Origin: Priapulus caudatus
Lineage: Eukaryota
Direction of reading: 5' to 3'
Assembly (NCBI RefSeq): GCF_000485595.1
Contig: NW_014577070.1
Span: forward strand, 496,432 to 560,431
Length of the DNA: 64,000 nt
Shown: positions 30,226-57,557 of the stretch, piece by piece
How positions within the stretch are numbered: the first letter of the stretch is position 1
How the letters are laid out: each line of letters begins with the position of its first letter
Notes under the pieces: generated by a model
What the model saw: only the letters and a program-made list of their open reading frames with translations
What the model was told of the DNA's origin: nothing
Databases searched by the model: none
Program-made: the position numbers and the translations under genes

Positions 30226-31703
30226 ACCGTGCAGCAATGCTACATGAGCAGCCACGCTGAGGCAGCATCTCCACCTCGCTGCAAAATGTCAAACCAATTT
30301 CCTCGACGACGCAGCGCGTTACTGAAGCAACAGAGCAATGTGCGTGGACGGTGGGTGATATATCACGGAGAGCCTATTACATTCCAGAACACATCAGAAG
30401 CTGACTCTTACCGACGTTGCGTTGTGTAACGAGGGTTTACTGACCGTACAAATCAGACTGTCATATCAATAATGTAAAATCAATCTTTCGGAGTCGTTTC
30501 TGTTTACAAGAATCTGTTGCTTCTGAGATTCTTTCAAGAGAGAAGTGAGTAGGCCAGGGCTGCCAACAATAATATTCGTATACGATGCCGTTTTTAGAAT
30601 AAAAATAACTTAATAATCATCACTGAAAAAGTATGGAGCAAATAAGCTTAGCCAAAACGCAATTCAATTGTAAATATGAAAAAAAAATCACATTTTTTCC
30701 TCAGTTTGTTACATATTTATAGACACCGAGTCACCATGTAATCGGATAATGCTTTTAAGATAATTTCTTTTTCGCAATCAATAAGCTGCTAGTACACTTT
30801 GTTTTATAATTATATTTTCAAGTGAACATTTTGAGTGCTGTAGCGGAGTCCGTCTATTAAGTGTAATTCACAGACTCAGTTTTAGCTAATCTACAGTACT
30901 GCTTCAGTTATGCACAACGCTATCTAACGACGCGTAGAAATTACACCCCGACTCAAATACATCACTTAGTGATGATATCATTCCTATTCTACATTCGAAC
31001 ACCCCGAACATCAACAACGTAGAATGTAAACATAACGGATCACACAAATCATCGTGACACGTATTTCAATTAAACTAGACGAAGACATGAAAGGAACACT
31101 ACGGAATTTAAGCTGTATGACAGTGCATGCATATCTATGGATGGATATCGCATTTTTGTATCTGGTGTTGTGTGATGTTTACATTTGTATTCTGGCAATG
31201 TTTTGGTTGTATGTGAAAAATATCTTGTCATGTCTCTAGATAGAAGTGCAGGTATATGTCTTTGTGCTTACCAATGTACTAGTAATCCATGTAGTAGTCG
31301 AACAGTACTAATTGTGTGTTTGTACCAAGAGGAAACTCTTCACTAATTTCTATGTCCAACACTTGTGATAAATTTCAATTTGAGTATCAATGGAATGAGA
31401 AAACTTGTGAAAATTATTAAAATGTGTTTGCCTATTTCAAAATGAAATCATCAAGAGCTTTTCACTTGACAGTAATCATATTCAAGGGTTCAATTAGTAA
31501 TAAAAGCAAATACGCTTGCGACGAACGCTGCTGCCCACAGGTGGCAGAACTGTACACCCATCAATCACTATTAATGTAGAAAACAGCAAAAATACTAAAT
31601 TATATCTGTATTATAACTGATAAACTACCTTAATAAATGCAAATATTAATTAATTGATCATTCATAAATACATACATACATAGATAGAAGATAAATGACT
31701 TAC

Positions 31704-34700
31704 CCGCTGGTATTCACTGTACTTCACTGGATCCTTCTCGAATATTTCATACGTCTGCGACTCTAGGTTGTCCATGAGAGGCTATCGCAAAACAAACATT
31801 ACTAAACAATGATAACAATTCTAGCCTTCAGCAATGGTTGGCAATAAATTTCGTTTTGTTTATACTATGTGCAGAATTGAAACGTTTTATATTGAGAAAA
31901 ATTATTAAAATGGTGACTTTAAACAATATATTGTCACAGGTGACATAGGTTCTGGTGTTGTCCCATTGCTGTGATACAGCCAGTACAGTACAAATTGGGT
32001 ACAAGTGTGTATATAAACTTTTTTTAGCATCAAGTGGATGGACAAAAATAATGGCTAACGCTCCATTAGGAGTGTTCCCAACTTTGATATCATTAATTAT
32101 TAATTATTAATGATTAATGATTGATAATCCTAACCCTAACCCTAAATGACATTCAACCACAAACTAATATATGACCACGACCATATATACATGATATATA
32201 TATAATATATATATATACACATATATGTATATGTTATTATGACCATTAATGACATTAAAGTCGGGAACACTCCTAATGGAGTATCACCCAAAATAATGGA
32301 CACATTTGTTATCATCACTATTGTCAATTAAATTATTTAATATTTCTGCATGCTCATTTTCATAGTTTGGGTGGTAATCGTAGATAAATGTAATACAACT
32401 TTAAAACAGAGTAATATGTGTACCAAATGCCAATAATAAAGTGTAATATAACGCAACTTATGGCATCATCACAAGGGGCAGTACATGCCAGACATGAACA
32501 CAACAAGCACAAAGCTGTAATTTCAAAAATCGCAATCATGTACAATTTTCAAAAAAATATTAAACTCAGGCATGAGAACAGGTTGAGATGTTTTTTGAGA
32601 AAATATTTCAATTTGTGTCTTCAGTTTGCATCGCACACTGTCCTGCTAGGGGGGTCTAGGGGCGTGCCCCCAGGAAATGTTTGAAATTTGGAAGTGCAGA
32701 TAGGTCATTTCCATGCATCCTGGGGGTGATTGTAAGTCCATTCTGTTTTTAGTAGAAGATCAATTTCATGACTAATGATTGAAAGTCTTGTCATTTTCTA
32801 TGAAAATTTCAATGTTTTATATACACCGCGATATTTATCTGGAGTTCCGTTACTTCTGTGTGAAATTTGACGTACTCTTCCTGACTTTTTATGAAGTTTA
32901 AATAAAAAATGGTATCCATTTTGACAAGAAAAGTACACCTTACCCCCCCTCTCAAATTTCAAAAATGACCAAAATGAAAACCAAAACCCGGAAATCCGCA
33001 AATCCGCGGAAAATTCTCATGCCTGTAAACTGTTGAAATTGATAAGCATCATAAATAAATGCTTATTTAATCAATGCATTATAATTTAATTAAAACATAC
33101 ATTATAAATATGTGCAACATAATTACAAACTTGCATTGTCTGACTGGTGTGGACATATTTATAGTGCCTATTTTGGTTTACACATTCAAATTAACATTTT
33201 GGACTCTGACCTTAAAATGCATATTAATAATAATATAAGATCACTTCAAAAATAAGAACCCTATATCTTACCTGCAATGGAGACTGCAGGTAATCCTCAT
33301 AACCCTTGGCAAATCTTGCAACAGGATCGAGATTAGGCATTGCCTACAACGAAAAATACAGTGGTTTACCGATATTGGCACTGTGAGAAATTCATACTCA
33401 GAATTAGAATTAGCGTGGGGATCATAATCAGGAGTAAGTAATTATTTACTCCTGATCATATTACAGCTAAACTGACTATAAAATTCACGCAGCATTAATT
33501 ATGAATTGTACCTTGCCCAACACCCTAAACAAGCCATTTTTTCTGCATTTCATTACAAATGCGCATTTTCTGACAATTTTATAATTTTCAATAATTTTAA
33601 TAAAATTCCCATAAATGAGATGTGTGACGTACGATGGTCGGACACTTTTACAAAACGTGCATTACCTGGTAAATGTAGGACAGATACTGCTGGTAGGACA
33701 CGAAACCCTGCTCCTCATGCCTGGTGTTCCCACTAACCATCAGCTGTGTATCCAGCTGTCAAAGCAAACACGTTTGCAAAACATCAGTTCACCCCTGCAA
33801 TCTCCAAACACCGATTATAGATATTTCTGACAAGAGTGAAGAAACTTACTCATAACACAAACATGATATCTATGGTTACTATCTAATGGTATCTAATATA
33901 TATAGTATACAGCATGCAGGAACGTAGTTAACCAATTTTGCCGGGGGGGGGGGGGCAAAGCCACGTGCATGGTGTGTTCTGGGAAGGTGACCGCCGTTGT
34001 CTATATAATGTACAGAGATGTAAGTGGCAAAAGAGTAAAAAAAAGAAATTATTAAATATTTAATCATAACCGGAGGATGGTGGCCTTGGCCACCATAATG
34101 AGGGGTGCTTCAAAGTGTTCTCTGATGCAATTTTAGAACATTTCAGACAACTTTTTTACATGAGGGGTTTGATATCAATATAAGTATATAGATCTGTTTC
34201 CAAGACACAAGACTGGTCTGTCACTCATCAAATTATCAATAGAAAACCAAGACCTGCCATAAAACATGGAAATTCAAAACAGAAATGATGATTTTTGTAG
34301 CTAAATTTTTTTCAGAAAAACTAAACGACGAAAATTTAAAAAAACGAATTTTTGAACAGGAAATGAGAAAAACGGAATTCCGTCAAAAAACAGAAGACTT
34401 ACATGTCTGAATGTATCTACATTTCTCTTGGGGGGCAGCTGCCCCGCTTGCCCCCCCCCCGTTAGCTACAGCCCTGGTATGTTAATGTTAATACCAATTC
34501 ATTGAAACATTTTTCTCACCCTAAACAACCTGTGCACCAGCTTCTGATGGGCTCTCGACAGCACCGGAAATCCTTTCTTGTTCGTGAGAAAAATCGAAGT
34601 TGGCAAGATGGCACATTTGATGGGTTCGCCGAGCCACCGGTCAATCTCTTCCTCACTGGGCAGATCTGCTGGCACGACGATCGCAAGACCCAGAAATTTG

Positions 34701-37700
34701 TTGGTGCCACAGACACTACGCAGCTTGTTCCACCTGCCAAGGACGCGACAATTACCGACGAACATGGCTGACTGTGCATGACAATTAATCATACAAATAT
34801 CAACTTAATATTTGTCTTTATTTATATTAACAACAAATGTAATGAATCACTATAATAATTAATTATAAAACTAATTTTTAAACAAGACTACTGTTGGTAT
34901 AGCTCTTTAATGATACTCCATAACGTTTATGAAAAGTTTGTCCTGTTTAATGTTCATGAGAAATATATCCAGACTTAATATTAAAAACTGCTGCTGGGTG
35001 TTTATTGATGTTAATTATGTGTGCTGATCCTTTACATTGATAACTTGAGCTTCACTAATAAAATTTCTTTAAAAAAAATACATGCTGTAACCTTAAATAA
35101 ATTAACAAATGAAGAAGCTAATATCCAACAGTAAAATTTATAGTTAGCATAAATAATGAGTTAAGTAACTAAAACTGATAGGTAAACCTTGATGATTTTT
35201 ATGATTCATGACTTTAATGATTAAAACATGAAAACATATTATTTTAACACGTTGAAATATATGGCAATAGTTCAAGCTAGGTCAATGATATATACTTTCA
35301 AGAGCAGTACAACAAATGTCACCATCCAAAAAATATAGCACAACCACTGCATAAATCACGTTTTTAGTTATTTCTTTTTGATATTGAATGGTAAAACTTC
35401 TCACATAGCATAAACAGAAAAACTAACTGAAAATAATTCTGAAATTTGTGCACTGCACATGCGGAGTTTTCTACACAAAGAACTGTGCAACTAGTATATA
35501 GGATAAAAGTGATCCATACGCATTTAGTTAGATTCATTTGCTCTGGGGTTTGTATGAAGTATAAAGTGTCGACTTCCCCTTTAATGAAAACTCGTGTTTA
35601 GATGTATTAGACACCGTTTAACGGTTTTTTGGTTTTACGTATGTATGAATCTAAGTATGATAAATTGCTCATAAAATCTGATAATCTGGTATTGATCCTC
35701 AACCATTAGCTAGAAATGAATAAGGAATACCTAAATTCAAACTCTTGTGAAACCCTTTATGATACCCCATTTACTTTCCATCCCAATTTAGTAATTCACT
35801 TTAATAATCGGAATATATGAACCCATTAACAAGTGAGTATTAATTCCAGTTTACCATTCCCATGTATCAAGTCCTACGGAGGCAAGATCTTCTGGTACAT
35901 CTACGTTAGCTACAACATCACTTATCTCCGTTTTGGCAGCTTTCATTGGCACTCGAATCCATATCTGAAATAGACAGACACCATAAATATCAATTAAAAT
36001 ATGCACAAACTCTTTACATCATACAACATGCATTGCAACTGTAATATATAGCTCTACGAAACACGTTACCTGATAAACTCAAAAGTAGCACAATGTTTAC
36101 AGCTGGTACGAAATAGCATACACATATTTCTTCATATAGGGTATTAATACCAGTATCACTACCAATTCAGAATATTAAATACCTGGTTTGTAAGCCCTGT
36201 CATCAGAACATGGTATAAGTAGCGAGCTAGGTTTACACAACTGCCGCTTGTTAATGGGACGATTACTGATGGTAGAGCCAAGTAACTGGCGTATTTGAAT
36301 TCTTGATCAAGTGCCTGAAATAGATGCATTGTATGGAATTAAATTACTAACTAGTTGATTATAGATTCATACACTTGTGAGATTAAGGTAAACGATTACA
36401 GTGTTTAGCATTAAAGTTTAGTTTGTAAAATAATTCAGATATAAACATATATATAATATAACTACCTTTTCAGAATTACGACGAATGATCTCTTGGTCCG
36501 AGTCCATTTCTATCCATGGTGATATCTTCCCAACAATATATGTTGACCAGTCTGGCATGTAAATATAAATAGGTAAAACTAACATTTCCTCTAGACACGT
36601 ATCTATATGTAATGTATATCTGAAACTTACAAAATCCCAGTTAAAGAAAGCTAGGGATGTAATCATGAATGCAAATTTATTTGCTTATACTTTAAATTTT
36701 AATAAAGTACCTTGACTCGTAAGCAGTAAATCAGAACGTGTAAATCCATTCTTTTTTACCGATTTTCCTTCGATAAATTCTCTCATGTGTTTGGGATGAG
36801 TCATTGGAAATGCTGCAAAGTCATATCTGGAATTTGAAAATACTTGCATGTAACAATGATTAGTTTTGAAGTAGGAGTATGGTCATCTAATCCACACTGT
36901 TGACGATAACTGGCACCTTTTCTCATTTACACGTACACAACCCCCCAACAAACTCATAGTAGTTTGCCCAAATTCACTGCTGGTTACTGTGAAAATACCA
37001 GTAGTACTAGGAGTAGCAAAGAAATGAGTGTTCTGTGTGCTCCAATGGCAGTGTCAGTGACGAGCCCAGAATGCATAGATACTGATATATAGCCCAACAT
37101 GTTTGTAAAAATGTGTGGTTCAGAAAACTCTGTGCCACCTGCTTTGGCAGTTGCAATTCAAATTGTAAACAACTGCTGACAAACCAAACTTAGATAATTT
37201 TCGATTGAGTTTTTCATCATTGTCTCAACCATGAAAATTGAAATTAGATGTGGCAGTAACTTGAGTAAGGCTAAATTAGTAGGCAGTGGATATTTAACCG
37301 TATACGGCAGAGTATCCACTTCCGCTATTTTACCGTACAGCACATTTGATTGGCTAGTATATTTATGACGCCATTACGTTCATACTAACTTACGTTACTA
37401 ACATACACTATATACACATATATAAATATACTAGCCAATCAGAAGTACTGTACGGTAAAATAGCGGAAGTGGATTCTCTGCCGTATACAGCTAAAGTGAT
37501 GTCCACTTTTTCACAAAATGTAAGTGATTCTGTTCACTTTTTATGGTTAAATTGCTGCAATATACTTCCTATTTTGCTATTCCATTCGATGTGAACAAAC
37601 ACTCGTGCCTCATACATAGCCCATAGCAAGCATTTAAAGTAACTATTGCGAGTGTTTTCCAGTGTTTTTACCACTTTCATGACACCTACTGTTATTGCTC

Positions 37701-40175
37701 GAGTAACAGCAATGAGTGTTCGAAATTCACGTCGGCCCGTCGGCCCGCCGCCGACAGTTTCGATGCCGGGCCTACAGCTTCTTGATAAAACTGGCCTGCT
37801 GATCATACAGCTATTTGATCACCGAAAATTCGAAACACTGAGAAACTGTTACCTGTAGAAATCTTTTCTTGCATATTAACTTCCAGGGGTATTTACTTGA
37901 CAACTAATCTGTGATAAACCGTGACATACACCCCAATGCATTCGCCCACTGCATATTCGCGCACCCTGATTGTAAATGAAAGAGCGATAGCCTGGAACCT
38001 TGTTCCAAGCTGCGCACCACAGTGTGATAAACTAAAGGGCAAGTTGCCAGTCGAATGCGGAATTAGCTGCGAGTAACATGAAATCGTTTCTCATTGGTGG
38101 GTGACCGTGGGTCTAGCTGGCCTGAGCAAGTGTCTCAGATTTCGATCAATCGAAATGACTGTATGATCAACACATGGTTAGACTGGTGTACGTATGACGG
38201 CTCCACTTGCAATGTTATGAGACGCTACTACGTTGCTACCGATGTGTAACAGACTACCAGTCTGTCTCTCTGCAGACTCTGCTGTCAAAGTGGAGAGTCG
38301 TAGTTACCAAGGAGCTACATATAACAACCATGTGGCGTTTCCTTAATTGTGAGCCCCCGGCAAAGAAGCATAAACAGTCATCCGACGAGAGGAAGGAAAA
38401 ACAGAGGGATTATGATTATGGACATTGATAATGACTAATAAACACAAGGAAGAACATGATATGCTGTTTTATTACTGTAATTTGCTCCAAAATTGCCGGG
38501 CCTACAGCTTTGCTGGCGGGCCTGCAGCTTTTAGGAGCTATAGGCCCTGCAGGCCTACAGCTTTTTCTGCTCAGTGGCAAACACAGACAGCAATTGTCTA
38601 GATTAACAATAAAATGTCTTAGAACCTTCGTATTCACCAAATAAGTGGCAGTTTCGAACTACTGATTTCAAACTAGTTTTTGTAAATGATCGTTTTCTGT
38701 TATCTTGAACTAGACAGAAGTATGGATTAGCTTGTGGCACCACCGCTTATCTGCCGTAGACCAGTACAGGCTCTCTCAAATCATGCACTTGTTTTCAATT
38801 ACTCACCGACACAAATACAAGTTTACCAATTCTGCCATTAGGCATTATCGGCACACGATAAAATTTATTGCTGTTACGATGTGGTCAAATCCATTTTTCT
38901 ATCCTCAGGACGCCAGACGTCCAAAAGATGCTATAACTGCATAAAATCTTAGTGTTTTTAATGTTGGTGTAATCAGTGATATTTCCACTGTCAGGTGAGA
39001 CTATATTCAGCTATATTTAGTTTTTTCTGAGCCAAAAAACTCGCAATAGTCATTTTAATGTCGTGATCATAATAATATTTAATATCAAATCGCCCAGGTT
39101 TTTTGGATTTTTAACTAGTTGAGAAACAATCCTATCAGGTAAGAATTTGAGGATACATTTAGTCCCATTAGTACTAACATTTAATGTACAAAAATTGCAA
39201 CTAAAATTTTACAAATATACACCATAGAATATTCGTGACGTAGTCAATTTAAATAGCCACTGCAATATTAGTAGTTCAAGTTTGAATGTCAGCACTATCA
39301 TCGATATGTAATTATTCCGTGTCAGAATCATCACGACACAGCACACGGTCACTGCGTTCATAGAATCATACTAATGCTCATAGGGTCTATGTCCCCCAGG
39401 GTACTGCCGGAACGTACCCTGGGTACGGTCCGGTATACCGGAACGTACCCTGGTCACTATTTGATATGGTTAGGGTTAGGATTAGGGTTAGGGTTAGGGA
39501 GTAGGCGTAGGCGACTCCCTAGACTCGTTAGTGGAGTAGGCGAGGTACGGTCCGGCATATTAGAGAGTACCAAGGTACGTTCCGGTATACCGGACCGTAC
39601 CCAGGGTACGCTCAGGCAGTACCCCGGGGGACATAGACCCTCTCAGCCATACTAATTGAACCGAAGTAATTCATGTGTAGAAATGTTGGTTCAAGGATAG
39701 AGAACATGGCCATGGGTCCCAAAAAACCAATGTCATTTACATCAATATAAATATAATATTATATCAATATAATAGGTTAGGGTTAGGGTTATGGTTAGGG
39801 TTAGGATTAGGGTTAGGGTTAGAATTAGGGTTAGAATTAGGGTTAGGGTTAGGGTTAGAATTAGGGTTAGGGTTAGGGTTAGAATTAGGGTTAGGGTTAG
39901 GGTTAGGCACATTGGTTTTATTGGGACCCATGTCATGTTCTCTATCCTTGGGCCGAAATGTTTTGTTACTGTGCCTGCACCTGCACTCAGCTGCAGCCTG
40001 GCTGCATGTCTTCTAATAGACTAATATGCCATGGTATATCTAGAAATCAACCAATAATAACTAAATGCTATTCCGTGAAATACCCAGAATTTGAACATTC
40101 TCTTAGTGATCGTGATAAGTCAGGACAATGATGAAAATCTAATCCAACATTTGCTCTCTCTGTGGGGGCTGCCAT
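31704..40175 (-). CDS. PRMT5: Protein arginine N-methyltransferase 5, N-terminal 330 codons (TIM barrel plus start of catalytic region); 3' exons not found in window
   Basis: Nine GT-AG exons in consistent phase: 40175-40084, 36826-36711, 36551-36466, 36314-36183, 35964-35855, 34733-34520, 33755-33666, 33343-33272, 31781-31704. Translation contains PRMT5 hallmark motifs: [91 protein letters not shown]. The last exon ends in an open donor (CGG|gtaagt) with no stop. Confidence 0.95.
32053..32289. mobile_element. MITE with ~30-bp TIRs and internal (CCCTAA)n; family A copy 1
   Basis: ctccattaggagtgttcccaacttt ... aaagtcgggaacactcctaatggag inverted; flanked by direct repeat aaaataat(g). Confidence 0.85.
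32567..33025. mobile_element. hAT-like MITE with 6-bp TSD
   Basis: TIRs caggcatgagaa / ttctcatgcctg; taaact on both flanks. Confidence 0.7.
37293..37495. mobile_element. Fold-back MITE (~70-bp TIRs)
   Basis: gtatacggcagag.atccacttccgctattttaccgtacag...tgattggctagtatattt is mirrored at 37424-37495. Confidence 0.8.
37493..39252. mobile_element. TTAA-ended (Kolobok-like) non-autonomous element interrupted by nested insertions
   Basis: 37503-37637 plus 39055-39252 align collinearly with the uninterrupted copy at 55573-55896 and with the reverse copy starting at 13983 (ttaaagtgactacgtcacgaa). Confidence 0.7.
37660..38586 (+). mobile_element. Internally deleted hAT-like DNA transposon
   Basis: Imperfect TIRs cagtgtttttaccact / agtggcaaacacag, subterminal ggcctacagctt repeats near both ends, short remnant [32 protein letters not shown] at 38330 resembling a basic NLS-bearing transposase N-terminus. 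Confidence 0.55.
39376..39648. mobile_element. MITE with ~70-bp TIRs and (TTAGGG)n core; family B copy 1
   Basis: agggtctatgtcccccagggtactgccggaacgtaccctgggtacggtccggtataccggaacgtacc is inverted at the other end; flanked by (c)atactaat direct repeat. Confidence 0.85.
39688..39954. mobile_element. MITE with ~50-bp TIRs and long TTAGGG/TTAGAA array; family C
   Basis: caaggatagagaacatg..catgggtcccaa.aaaaccaatgt inverted as acattggtttt.ttgggacccatg..catgttctctatccttg; flanked by gaaatgtt direct repeat. Confidence 0.85.
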
Positions 40176-40430
40176 TCTTCTCATCGTGTTGGTTGTTCTT
40201 GCCAAATGGTGCGGATGAGACGTCAAATTAACATTACTTTCTTATTTACTAATATATACAATTAGCGCATTCATTAAATGATTAAGTTTCAATTGCAATT
40301 GTATAAAAATATTATCAAACGCTTAATATATGTTTATTGACTTGCCACTGTTTTGACATATCCGGCGTTGTCAAGGAAGCCGTCATGGCGGTTTCCGTGG
40401 CGGTTAACTAAAAAATATCAAAATACTGGT
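40176..40430. promoter_or_regulatory. Probable bidirectional promoter region for PRMT5/WDR97 with two X-box (RFX)-like motifs
   Basis: Lies immediately upstream of the PRMT5 ATG (40175) and upstream of the WDR97 start exon, which is preceded by a ttgcag acceptor ending at 41851. Local CpG retention; GTTGTCAAGGAAGC at 40367-40380 and GTTTCCGTGGCGGT at 40391-40404 resemble the GTNRCC..RGYAAC consensus. Confidence 0.5.
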
Positions 40431-41131
40431 TTTGACTTTCATTACTAATGGTTCCCAGTCTTACCTTATGTAGTCATCAAATGCACAGTAACATCTGTGC
40501 TTTACTATTTTAATGGTCTTACTAAAATGATTTAGTCAGCGTGTGTGTGTGTGTGTAAATGAGTCATGCACAGTGTCAGTTCGGAGTGAGAGAGTGAGAG
40601 TGAGTGTGCAGCACGAAACGCGGGAGTTGAGTACTAATTAACCGCGTGAAGTGTGACTAAGTCTAAGGTAACTCGGATTACGTCTGTACTGGTCTACACA
40701 ATATTACATATAATATAAAAAGATCTTTGAAGTTTGATCTGTTGCCGTGTCGCGCATACGTACGTTAGACTAGTTAGCGGACGTATAAATTTACTACTAT
40801 TACTAATACTATTAGTATTACTGCGTACTATAAACCGAAGTCGCTCTAAGAGTAAGACTCGAGTAAGAGTCTAATCAATGACAGACTGCAGTTGAGTTAC
40901 ACTACAATACAGCAGGTACAAAATGAGGCCGGAGTTAGCTTTTACCATTATCACTTAGTCTTAGTAAAGATCATTATAATGCGCGCATGTTCATCTATTT
41001 TTTAGGTTTCATACTAAAATTTCCTCTGCATTCAAATACAATGAAAAATGGATATATATCATCATCATGGTAGAGGAACGTGCCGTGGTACACTTTAGAG
41101 CTATACTAGCCTACCCTGTACTATAGTCTAT

Positions 41132-41438
41132 GGGCGCGTTTGTTTGGTTGGATCCACAGATCTCGATCCGATGGATTTGTTGATCTGACTGTTTGTTTGG
41201 TCGGATCACTTGATCTCGATCCACCGAACCCGACCCTGCTAGCGAGGTGGATTTGAACAGGAGCCAATAATATTGTGGCCCGCGCCTCAGCCAATCACAG
41301 CTTGTTCTTTGTTATGAACCATCCCGTGATAGGTCACAGCGAAACGTGAACCGGTGAAAGTGAGTTTGCATTTGTTTGGTCGGATCAGGATCACATGATC
41401 TCGATCCGACGGATTCGTCCCAACAAACAAACGCGCCC
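41132..41438. mobile_element. Tourist/PIF-Harbinger-like MITE
   Basis: TIRs gggcgcgtttgtttg / caaacaaacgcgccc, 3-bp TSD tat, internal repeats of gatctcgatcc. Confidence 0.75.
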
Positions 41439-41876
41439 TATATGAATATATATGGTGTAGTATGTGGTATTGTAGTTATATAAAATTATAACAGTTGTTG
41501 GTATGACTTAGGTAGAATAACATGGCAGAGTTGTTAGGAATCATAGAAATTCTTTGTTTTTACCACCAAGTAAAGTGGAAAATGTAAAAAAAAACTACTG
41601 TGAATAAATATTAGTCAGCATTGACCCATTTTCAAAGCTGTTTTGTGCAAAATATAGGTGAGGATTAAATTTGATGCTTGTCTGGGCAGTTTTATGTGAG
41701 AAATGGCATGTGAGAGCAAATCCTTCTTGTGGTAATGATCGAGTCTATTATAAATGCGCTTTTTGTCCACGATCAATTCTTTTATTAATGTCATATCATG
41801 CTTTTCGAAGTTCCCTACTATCGTTTATATAACTTCATGACTGTATTGCAGCTCAAGGACCATAAATGAATGCACC

Positions 41877-56644
<14,768 letters not shown>

Positions 56645-57557
56645 ACACAACACGATTATCACGTACTGCATTGTCAGATTGTCTCTAACAATCACTCTCA
56701 TTCGTCTCATATGCTGTTCATCAGGTGTGGATTAACGTGGTGCGTGATACAGTTCAGCTGTATTCTATATAATCTCTCTACATTAAACTCTTATTATTTA
56801 TATATGTTCTTTTTCACCCAATCTTCACAAAGCATCCATGACCTGTGTTATTCCACTGTCATTGTGAACTTCAATTATTACATATCTGAAGTTTTCTCAT
56901 GCGTGATTTATTGAAAGCTATTTGTTTGCATATATATGTATGCACAAGAGTTTTGTACATATGATAGTCCTATTAATTCAGAAATGTAAGTAAAACTTGA
57001 GATCTGAACATAGCTCTATTTTTCATGTCCACTTTGGACTATGCTTTTATTGTAGTTAATTATTATAACTTTATTTCAGAAAGTACCGAATAGTACTTTT
57101 AATGGTCTAACTTAAACTTACGGTTACTGGTTCTTCCAATAACGAATACAACAACATAACAGAGCCAGCTTCTAACAAGTGCAGCGACGTTACCTATTTT
57201 AAGTATGCAAAATTCACTATCGAAGTATGTGGGATAATTACCAGTGTATCACTGACCTGGTAACGTAAATGCACGCATGTCGAAATAAAATACGACGCTG
57301 CCGATTCTGAATATTCGGTTGCACACAGGTAACCGACAAACACTTGAGCGCTCGCCGATACGTTCCCTTTCACCGCACGTAGCAACCTTAATCATTGCAC
57401 GCTGGCAGGAGAAAGTGCAGCGCTGAACAGCGGCCGCAGACTAAAACACACTCGCATTCGCCAACCCGGGCCAGGACGTCACTAATCAAGCACTTGCTGC
57501 CTCTGTACACGCACACACATTGACGGGGGGGATGAATGACCTACACCGCGCACGCGG

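Noticed and set aside
31280..31430. Possible PRMT5 exon 10 on the minus strand (IYHKC..LDIEISEE..TNTQLVLF; or ag|GCA AAC ACA TTT TAA)
   Set aside because: Faint resemblance needs a frameshift, has no proper acceptor and lacks the GAGRGP motif; the short ANTF-stop exon is unsupported without transcripts.
35560..35800. Possible decayed LINE reverse-transcriptase fragment in PRMT5 intron 5
   Set aside because: Only a vague KVNG..RV..EF.Y-like resemblance with stops; cannot be supported without a search.
39775..39907. True telomere or chromosome fusion site
   Set aside because: The TTAGGG array is short, intronic, and enclosed by TIRs and a TSD, so it is MITE cargo.
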